From the human T2T-CHM13v2.0 reference genome, Homo sapiens: a stretch of DNA of 64,000 nucleotides. Below the pieces are notes generated by a model. The model did not search any database, was not told the DNA's origin, and was given only the letters and a program-made list of their open reading frames with translations. The translations under genes were made by a program, and so were the position numbers. Positions within the stretch are counted from its first letter, which is position 1. Each line of letters opens with the position of its first letter. The DNA lies in assembly GCF_009914755.1 (NCBI RefSeq), contig NC_060931.1. The stretch is one strand, 5' to 3'. This document shows positions 54,801-64,000 of this stretch, in pieces.

Positions 54801-57230
54801 GCCAACAGTAGAAAGGGAAATATCTTCAAATAAAAACCAGACAGAATCATTCTCAGAAAATTCTTTGTGATGTGTGCGTTCAACTCACATAGTTTAACCT
54901 TTCTTTTCATAGAGCAGTTTGGAAACACTCTGTTTGTAAAGTCTGCAAGTGGATATATGGACCGCATTGAGGCCTTCGTTGGAAACGGGATTTCTTCATT
55001 TCATGCTAGACAGAAGAATTCTCAGTAACTTCTTTGTGCTGTGTGTATTCAACTCACAGAGTGGAACGTCCCTTTGCACAGAGCAGATTTGAAACACTCT
55101 TTTTGTGGAGTTTGCAAGTGGAGATTTCAAGCGATTTGATGCCAACAGTAGAAAAGGAAATATCTTCAAATAAAAACTAGACAGAATCATTCTCAGAAAC
55201 TACTTTGTGATGTGTGCCTTCAACTCACAGAGTTTAACCTTTCTTTTCTTAGAGCAGTTTAGAAACACTCTGCTTGTTATGTCTGCAAGTGGATATTTGG
55301 ACCTCTTTGAGGCCTTCGTTGCAAACGGGGTTTCTTCCTTTCATGCTAGACTAAGAAGAGTTCTCAGTAACTTTTTTGTGTTGTGTGTATTCAACTCACA
55401 GAGTTGAACCTTGCTTTAGAGAGAGCAGATTTGAAACACTCTTGCTGTGGCATTTTCAGGTGGAGATTTCAAGCGATTTGAGGACAATTGCAGAAAAGGA
55501 AATATCTTCGTATAATAACCAGACAGAATCATTCTCAGAAAGTGCTTTGTGATGTGTGCGTTCAACTCACAGAGTTTAACCTTTCTTTTCATAGAGGAGT
55601 TTGGAAACACACTGTTTGTAAAGTCTGCAAGTGGATATATGGACCTGTTTGAGGCCTTCGTTGGAAACGGGATTTCTTCATTGAATGCTAGACGGAAGAA
55701 TTCTCAGTAAATTCTTTGTGTTGTGTGCATTCAACTCACAGAGTGGAACGTCCCTTTAGACAGAGCAGATTTGAAACACTCTTTTTGCGGAATTTGCAAG
55801 TGGAGATTTCTAGCCATTTGATGCCAACAGTAGAAAGGGAAATATCTTCAAATAAAAACCAGACAGAATCATTCTCAGAAAATTCTTTGTGATGTGTGCG
55901 TTCAACTCACATAGTTTAACCTTTCTTTTCATAGAGCAGTTTGGAAACACTCTGTTTGTAAAGTCTGCAAGTGGATATATGGACCGCATTGAGGCCTTCG
56001 TTGGAAACGGGATTTCTTCATTTCATGCTAGACAGAAGAATTCTCAGTAACTTCTTTGTGCTGTGTGTATTCAACTCACAGAGTGGAACGTCCCTTTGCA
56101 CAGAGCAGATTTGAAACACTCTTTTTTTGGAGTTTGCAAGTGGAGATTTCAAGCGATTTGATGCCAACAGTAGAAAAGGAAATATCTTCAAATAAAAACT
56201 AGACAGAATCATTCTCAGAAACTACTTTGTGATGTGTGCCTTCAACTCACAGAGTTTAACCTTTCTTTTCTTAGAGCAGTTTAGAAACACTCTGCTTGTT
56301 ATGTCTGCAAGTGGATATTTGGACCTCTTTGAGGCCTTCGTTGCAAACGGGGTTTCTTCCTTTCATGCTAGACTAAGAAGAGTTCTCAGTAACTTTTTTG
56401 TGTTGTGTGTATTCAACTCACAGAGTTGAACCTTGCTTTAGAGAGAGCAGATTTGAAACACTCTTGCTGTGGCATTTTCAGGTGGAGATTTCAAGCGATT
56501 TGAGGACAATTGCAGAAAAGGAAATATCTTCGTATAATAACCAGACAGAATCATTCTCAGAAAGTGCTTTGTGATGTGTGCGTTCAACTCACAGAGTTTA
56601 ACCTTTCTTTTCATAGAGGAGTTTGGAAACACACTGTTTGTAAAGTCTGCAAGTGGATATATGGACCTGTTTGAGGCCTTCGTTGGAAACGGGATTTCTT
56701 CATTGAATGCTAGACGGAAGAATTCTCAGTAAATTCTTTGTGTTGTGTGCATTCAACTCACAGAGTGGGACGTCCCTTTAGACAGAGCAGATTTGAAACA
56801 CTCTTTTTGCGGAATTTGCAAGTGGAGATTTCTAGCCATTTGATGCCAACAGTAGAAAGGGAAATATCTTCAAATAAAAACCAGACAGAATCATTCTCAG
56901 AAAATTCTTTGTGATGTGTGCGTTCAACTCACATAGTTTAACCTTTCTTTTCATAGAGCAGTTTGGAAACACTCTGTTTGTAAAGTCTGCAAGTGGATAT
57001 ATGGACCGCATTGAGGCCTTCGTTGGAAACGGGATTTCTTCATTTCATGCTAGACAGAAGAATTCTCAGTAACTTCTTTGTGCTGTGTGTATTCAACTCA
57101 CAGAGTGGAACGTCCCTTTGCACAGAGCAGATTTGAAACACTCTTTTTGTGGAGTTTGCAAGTGGAGATTTCAAGCGATTTGATGCCAACAGTAGAAAAG
57201 GAAATATCTTCAAATAAAAACTAGACAGAA

Positions 57231-60200
57231 TCATTCTCAGAAACTACTTTGTGATGTGTGCCTTCAACTCACAGAGTTTAACCTTTCTTTTCTTAGAGCA
57301 GTTTAGAAACACTCTGCTTGTTATGTCTGCAAGTGGATATTTGGACCTCTTTGAGGCCTTCGTTGCAAACGGGGTTTCTTCATTGAATGCTAAACTAAGA
57401 AGAGTTCTCAGTAACATTTTTGTGTTGTGTGTATTCAACTCACAGAGTTGAACCTTGCTTTAGAGAGAGCAGATGTGAAACACTCTTGCTGTCGCATTTT
57501 CAGGTGGAGATTTCAAGCGATTTGAGGACAATTGCAGAAAAGGAAATATCTTCGTATAATAACCAGACAGAATCATTCTCAGAAAGTGCTTTGTGATGTG
57601 TGCGTTCAACTCACAGAGTTTAACCTTTCTTTTCATAGAGGAGTTTGGAAACACACTGTTTGTAAAGTCTGCAATTGGATATATGGACCTGTTTGAGGCC
57701 TTCGTTGGAAACGGGATTTTATCATATAATGCTAGACGGAAGAATTCTCAGTAAATTCTTTGTGTTGTGTGCATTCAACTCACAGAGTGGAACGTCCCTT
57801 TTGACAGAGCAGATATGAAACACTCTTTTTGCGGAATTTGCAAGTGGAGATTTCTAGCCATTTGATGCCAACAGTAGAAAGGGAAATATCTTCAAATAAA
57901 AACTAGACAGAATCATCCTCAGAAAATTCTTTGTGATGTGTGCGTTCAACTCACATAGTTTAACCTTTCTTTTCATAGAGCAGTTTGGAAACACTCTGTT
58001 GGAAATGTCTGCAAGTGGATATATGGACCGCTTTGAGGCCTTCGTTGGAAACGGGATTTCTTCATTTCATGCTAGACAGCAGAATTCTCAGTAACTTCTT
58101 TGTGTTGTGTGTATTCAACTCACAGACTGGAACGTCCCTTTACACAGAGAAGATTTGAGACACTCTTTTTGTGGAATTTGCAAGTGGAGATTTCAAGCGA
58201 TTTGATGCCAACAGTAGAAAAGGAAATATCTGCAGATAAAAACTAGACAGAATCATTCTCAGAAAGTGCTTTGTGATGTGTGCGTTCACCTCACAGAGTT
58301 TAACCTTTCTTTTCATAGAGGAGTTTGGAAACACACTTTTTGTAAAGTCTGCAATTGGATATATGGACCTGTTTGAGGCCTTCGTTGGAAACGGGATTTT
58401 ATCATATAATGCTAGACGGAAGAATTCTCAGTAAATTCTTTGTGTTGTGTGCATTCAACTCACAGAGTGGAACGTCCCTTTAGACAGAGCAGATTTGAAA
58501 CACTCTTTTTGCGGAATTTGCAAGTGGAGATTTCTAGCCATTTGATGCCAACAGTAGAAAGGGAAATATCTTCAAATAAAAACCAGACAGAATCATTCTC
58601 AGAAAATTCTTTGTGATGTGTGCGTTCAACTCACATAGTTTAACCTTTCTTTTCATAGAGCAGTTTGGAAACACTCTGTTTGTAAAGTCTGCAAGTGGAT
58701 ATATGGACCGCATTGAGGCCTTCGTTGGAAACGGGATTTCTTCATTTCATGCTAGACAGAAGAATTCTCAGTAACTTCTTTGTGCTGTGTGTATTCAACT
58801 CACAGAGTGGAACGTCCCTTTACACAGAGCAGATTTGAAACACTCTTTTTGTGGAATTTGCAAGTGGAGATTTCAAGCGATTTGATGCCAACAGTAGAAA
58901 AGGAAATATCTTCAAATAAAAACTAGACAGAATCATTCTCAGAAACTACTTTGTGATGTGTGCCTTCAACTCACAGAGTTTAACCTTTCTTTTCTTAGAG
59001 CAGTTTAGAAACACTCTGCTTGTTATGTCTGCAAGTGGATATTTGGACCTCTTTGAGGCCTTCGTTGCAAACGGGGTTTCTTCCTTTCATGCTAGACTAA
59101 GAAGAGTTCTCAGTAACTTTTTTGTGTTGTGTGTATTCAACTCACAGAGTTGAACCTTGCTTTAGAGAGAGCAGATTTGAAACACTCCTGCTGTGGCATT
59201 TTCAGGTGGAGATTTCAAGCGATTTGAGGACAATTGCAGAAAAGGAAATATCTTCGTATAATAACCAGACAGAATCATTCTCAGAAAGTGCTTTGTGATG
59301 TGTGCGTTCAACTCACAGAGTTTAACCTTACTTTTCATAGAGGAGTTTGGAAACACACTGTTTGTAAAGTCTGCAATTGGATATATGGACCTGTTTGAGG
59401 CCTTCGTTGGAAAAGGGATTTTATAATATAATGCTAGACGGAAGAATTCTCAGTAAATTCTTTGTGTTGTGTGCATTCAACTCACAGAGTGGAACGTCCC
59501 TTTAGACAGAGCAGATTTGAAACACTCTTTTTGCGGAATTTGCAAGTGGGGATTTCTAGCCATTTGATGCCAACAGTAGAAAGGGAAATATCTTCAAATA
59601 AAAACCAGACAGAATCATTCTCAGAAAATTCTTTGTGATGTGTGCGTTCAACTCACATAGTTTAACCTTTCTTTTCATAGAGCAGTTTGGAAACACTCTG
59701 TTTGTAAAGTCTGCAAGTGGATATATGGACCGCATTGAGGCCTTCGTTGGAAACGGGATTTCTTCATTTCATGCTAGACAGAAGAATTCTCAGTAACTTC
59801 TTTGTGCTGTGTGTATTCAACTCACAGAGGGGAACGTCCCTTTACACAGAGCAGATTTGAAACACTCTTTTTGTGGAATTTGCAAGTGGAGATTTCAAGC
59901 GATTTGATGCCAACAGTAGAAAAGGAAATATCTTCAAATAAAAACTAGACAGAATCATTCTCAGAAACTACTTTGTGATGTGTGCCTTCAGCTCACAGAG
60001 TTTAACCTTTCTTTTCTTAGAGCAGTTTAGAAACACTCTGCTTGTTATGTCTGCAAGTGGATATTTGGACCTCTTTGAGACCTTCGTTTCAAACGGGGTT
60101 TCTTCCTTTAATGCTAGACTAAGAAGAGTTCTCAGTAACTTTTTTGTGTTGTGTGTATTCAACTCACAGAGTTGAACCTTGCTTCAGAGAGAGCAGATTT

Positions 60201-63200
60201 GAAACACTCTTCCTGTGGCATTTTCAGGTGGAGATTTCTAGCGATTTGAGGACAATTGCAGAAAAGGAAATATCTTCGTATAATAACCAGACAGAATCAT
60301 TCTCAGAAAGTGCTTTGTGATGTGTGCGTTCAACTCACAGAGTTTAACCTTTCTTTTCATAGAGGAGTTTGGAAACACACTGTTTCTAAAGTCTGCAATT
60401 GGATATGTGGACCTGTTTGAGGCCTTCGTTGGAAACGGGATTTCTTCATTGAATGCTAGACGGAAGAATTCTCAGTAAATTCTTTGTGTTGTGTGCATTC
60501 AACTCACAGAGTGGAACGTCCCTTTAGATAGAGCAGATTTGAAACACTCTTTTTGCGGAATTTGCAAGTGGAGATTTCTAGCCATTTGATGCCAACAGTA
60601 GAAAGGGAAATATCTTCAAATAAAAACCAGACAGAATCATTCTCAGAAAATTCTTTGTGATGTGTGCGTTCAACTCACATAGTTTAACCTTTCTTTTCAT
60701 AGAGCAGTTTGGAAACACTCTGTTTGTAAAGTCTGCAAGTGGATATATGGACCGCATTGAGGCCTTCGTTGGAAACGGGATTTCTTCATTTCATGCTAGA
60801 CAGAAGAATTCTCAGTAACTTCTTTGTGCTGTGTGTATTCAACTCACAGAGTGGAACGTCCCTTTGCACAGAGCAGATTTGAAACACTCTTTTTGTGGAA
60901 TTTGCAAGTGGAGATTTCAAGCGATTTGATGCCAACAGTAGAAAAGGAAATATCTTCAAATAAAAACTAGACAGAATCATTCTCAGAAACTTCTTTGTGA
61001 TGTGTGCCTTCAACTCACAGAGTTTAACCTTTCTTTTCTTAGAGCAGTTTAGAAACACTCTGCTTGTTATGTCTGCAAGTGGATATTTGGACCTCTTTGA
61101 GGCCTTCGTTGCAAACGGGGTTTCTTCCTTTAATGCTAGACTAAGAAGAGTTCTCAGTAACTTTTTTGTGTTGTGTGTATTCAACTCACAGAGTTGAACC
61201 TTGCTTTAGAGAGAGCAGATTTGAAACACTCTTGCTGTGGCATTTTCAGGTGGAGATTTCAAGCGATTTGAGGACAATTGCAGAAAAGGAAATATCTTCG
61301 TATAATAACCAGACAGAATCATTCTCAGAAAGTGCTTTGTGATGTGTGCGTTCAACTCACAGAGTTTAACCTTTCTTTTCATAGAGGAGTTTGGAAACAC
61401 ACTGTTTGTAAAGTCTGCAAGTGGATATATGGACCTGTTTGAGGCCTTCGTTGGAAACGGGATTTTATCATATAATGCTAGACGGAAGAATTCTCAGTAA
61501 ATTCTTTGTGTTGTGTGCATTCAACTCACAGAGTGGAACGTCCCTTTAGACAGAGCAGATTTGAAACACTCTTTTTGCGGAATTTGCAAGTGGAGATTTC
61601 TAGCCATTTGATGCCAACAGCAGAAAGGGAAATATCTTCAAATAAAAACTAGACAGAATCATCCTCAGAAAATTCTTTGTGATGTGTGCGTTCAACTCAC
61701 ATAGTTTAACCTTTCTTTTCAGAGAGCAGTTTGGAAACACTCTGTTGGTAATGTCTGCAAGTGCATATATGGACCGCTTTGAGGCCTTCGTTGGAAACGG
61801 GATTTCTTCATTTCATGCTAGACAGAAGAATTCTCAGTAACTTCTTTGTGCTGTGTGTATTCAACTCACAGAGTGGAACGTCCCTTTGCACAGAGCAGAT
61901 TTGAAACACTCTTTTTGTGGAATTTGCAAGTGGAGATTTCAAGCGATTTGATGCCAACAGTAGAAAAGGAAATATCTTCAAATAAAAACTAGACAGAATC
62001 ATTCTCAGAAACTACATTGTGATGTGTGCCTTCAACTCACAGAGTTTAACCTTTCTTTTCTTAGGGCAGTTTAGAAACACTCTGCTTGTTATGTCTGCAA
62101 GTGGATATTTGGACCTCTTTGAGGCCTTCGTTGCAAACGGGGTTTCTTCCTTTAATGCTAGACTAAGAAGAGTTCTCAGTAACTTTTTTGTGTTGTGTGT
62201 ATTCAACTCACAGAGTTGAACCTTGCTTTAGAGAGAGCAGATTTGAAACACTCTTGCTGTGGCATTTTCAGGTGGAGATTTCAAGCGATTTGAGGACAAT
62301 TGCAGAAAAGGAAATATCTTCGTATAATAACCAGACAGAATCATTCTCAGAAAGTGCTTTGTGATGTGTGCGTTCAACTCACAGAGTTTAACCTTTCTTT
62401 TCATAGAGGAGTTTGGAAACACACTGTTTGTAAAGTCTGCAATTGGATATATGGACCTGTTTGAGGCCTTCGTTGGAAAAGGGATTTTATCATATAATGC
62501 TAGACGGAAGAATTCTCAGTAAATTCTTTGTGTTGTGTGCATTCAACTCACAGAGTTGAACGTCCCTTTAGACAGAGCAGATTTGAAACACTCTTTTTGC
62601 GGAATTTGCAAGTGGGGATTTCTAGCCATTTGATGCCAACAGTAGAAAGGGAAATATCTTCAAATAAAAACCAGACAGAATCATTCTCAGAAAATTCTTT
62701 GTGATGTGTGCGTTCAACTCACATAGTTTAACCTTTCTTTTCATAGAGCAGTTTGGAAACACTCTGTTTGTAAAGTCTGCAAGTGGATATATGGACCGCA
62801 TTGAGGCCTTCGTTGGAAACGGGATTTCTTCATTTCATGCTAGACAGAAGAATTCTCAGTAACTTCTTTGTGCTCTGTGTATTCAACTTACAGAGTGGAA
62901 CGTCCATTTACACAGAGCAGATTTGAAACACTCTTTTTGTGGAATTTGCAAGTGGAGATTTCAAGCGATTTGATGCCAACAGTAGAAAAGAAAATATCTT
63001 CAAATAAAAACTAGACAGAATCATTCTCAGAAACTACTTTGTGATGTCTGCCTTCAACTCACAGAGTTTAACCTTTCTTTTCTTAGAGCAGTTTAGAAAC
63101 ACTCTGCTTGTTATGTCTGCAAGTGGATGTTTGGACCTCTTTGAGGCCTTCGTTGCAAACGGGGTTTCTTCCTTTAATGCTAGACTAAGAAGAGTTCTCA

Positions 63201-64000
63201 GTAACATTTTTGTGTTGTGTGTATTCAACTCACAGAGTTGAACCTTGCTTTAGAGAGAGCAGATTTGAAACATTCTTGCTATGGCATTTTCAGGTGGAGA
63301 TTTCAAGCGATTTGAGGACAATTGCAGAAAAGGAAATATCTTCGTATAATAACCAGACAGACTCATTCTCAGAAAGTGCTTTGTGATGTGTGCGTTCAAC
63401 TCACAGAGTTTAACCTTTCTTTTCATAGAGGAGTTTGGAAACACACTGTTTGTAAAGTCTTCAAGTGGATATATGGACCTGTTTGAGGCCTTCGTTGGAA
63501 ACGGGATTTTATCATATAATGCTAGACGGAAGAATTCTCAGTAAATTCTTTGTGTTGTGTGCATTCAACTCACAGACTGGAACGTCCCTTTAGACAGAGC
63601 AGATTTGAAACACTCTTTTTGCGGAATTTGCAAGTGGAGATTTCTAGCCATTTGATGCCAACAGTAGAAAGGGAAATATCTTCAAATAAAAACTAGACAG
63701 AATCATCCTCAGAAAATTCTTTGTGATGTGTGCTTTCAACTCACATAGTTTAACCTTTCTTTTCATAGAGCAGTTTGGAAACACTCTGTTGGTAATGTCT
63801 GCAAGTGGATATATGGACCGCTTTGAGGCCTTCGTTGGAAACAGGATTTCTTCATTTCATGCTAGACAGATGAATTCTCAGTAACTTCTTTGTGTTGTTT
63901 GTATGAAACTCACAGACTGGAACGTCCCTTTACACAGAGCAGATTTGAAACCCTCTTTTTGTGGAATTTGCAAGTGGAGATTTCAAGCGATTTGATGCCA
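57231..64000 (+). repeat. More divergent HOR domain of the same 6-mer family
   Basis: Many more substitutions per unit, both shared (TTTTATCATATAAT, GCAATTGG, GTGGAATTTG, TTTACACAG, CATCCTCAG) and private. ORF translations become heterogeneous. Confidence 0.88.
58253..58932 (+). repeat. 4-mer structural variant HOR (680 bp) lacking the first 342-bp dimer
   Basis: After monomer 6 the sequence continues TCATTCTCAGAAAGTGC (dimer-2 start) instead of ...GAAACTAC. ORF spacing 57251 to 58953 is 1702 = 1022+680. Confidence 0.95.

Larger units (their letters stand above)
1..57230 (+). repeat. Highly homogeneous HOR domain (56 units, mostly 0-3 differences from the local consensus; exceptions include units 15-16, 44 and 53)
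   Basis: Near-identical ORF translations unit after unit and only two 1-bp indels shifting the 1022 phase. Differences were counted by eye. Confidence 0.85.
1..64000 (+). repeat. D7Z1: Centromeric alpha-satellite higher-order repeat array, 1022-bp 6-mer (SF1 dimeric type), most likely human chr7 D7Z1
   Basis: Seen: ~171-bp AT-rich alphoid monomers, CENP-B boxes in alternate monomers and a 1022-bp period (ORF track repeats at 21, 1043, 2065...). EcoRI sites at 512 and 852 give 340/682-bp fragments. Knowledge: D7Z1 is an SF1 6-mer of ~1.0 kb with 340/680-bp EcoRI units. GCTGTGGCATTTTCAGGTGG (258-277) and AGCGATTTGAGGACAATTGC (286-305) match D7Z1-specific PCR primer sites as I recall them (not verified). 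Alpha-satellite identity is near certain; the chromosome assignment is less so. Confidence 0.9.

Noticed and set aside
60082-60098. Altered CENP-B box CTTCGTTTCAAACGGGG
   Set aside because: The change is at a non-essential position and the 9-bp core is intact, so it is not counted as a loss.
60786-61184. 132-aa minus-strand ORF, the longest in the window
   Set aside because: It is a fusion of two artefactual frames after point changes removed stops (AAACTACT>AAACTTCT, TTTCATG>TTTAATG). There is no coding evidence.
21-63444. About 190 repeating 62-74 aa ORFs on both strands
   Set aside because: They are chance open frames of alpha satellite, many with non-ATG starts and no recognisable domain. 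They recur only because the DNA repeats, and single SNPs or indels create and destroy them freely.
1-64000. CRISPR-like or cassette-like array (conserved motifs with regular spacing)
   Set aside because: The intervening sequences are not unique spacers, since the whole 1022-bp unit repeats. There are no cas, integrase or other genes.
1-64000. Transposon (L1/Alu) insertion or inversion in the array
   Set aside because: The 1022-bp phase is fully accounted for (two 1-bp deletions and one 680-bp unit), leaving no room for foreign sequence. All CENP-B boxes are on the same strand.

Overview
The whole 64 kb window is one uninterrupted, single-orientation tandem array of primate centromeric alpha satellite. 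The ~171-bp monomers form CENP-B-box-plus/minus dimers (SF1-like, J1/J2), grouped into a 1022-bp 6-monomer higher-order repeat (HOR; dimers of 342+340+340 bp). It best fits human chromosome 7 D7Z1. There are 61 complete 6-mers, one 680-bp 4-mer variant (58253-58932) and a final partial unit. I see no genes, transposon insertions, inversions or CRISPR, and all listed ORFs are repeat artefacts. The informative signal lies in rare variants, read by eye. They show nested super-periods (8 HORs at ~1-24.5 kb, 3 HORs at ~23.5-29.6 kb, 4 HORs at ~34.7-49 kb and ~52-58 kb), a ~0.7-kb divergent haplotype island at ~43.9-44.6 kb matching a unit 18 kb downstream, a sharp switch to a more divergent HOR layer after ~57.4 kb, and seven CENP-B boxes with core mutations. 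I found no evidence for a new biological system; the findings concern centromeric array evolution.
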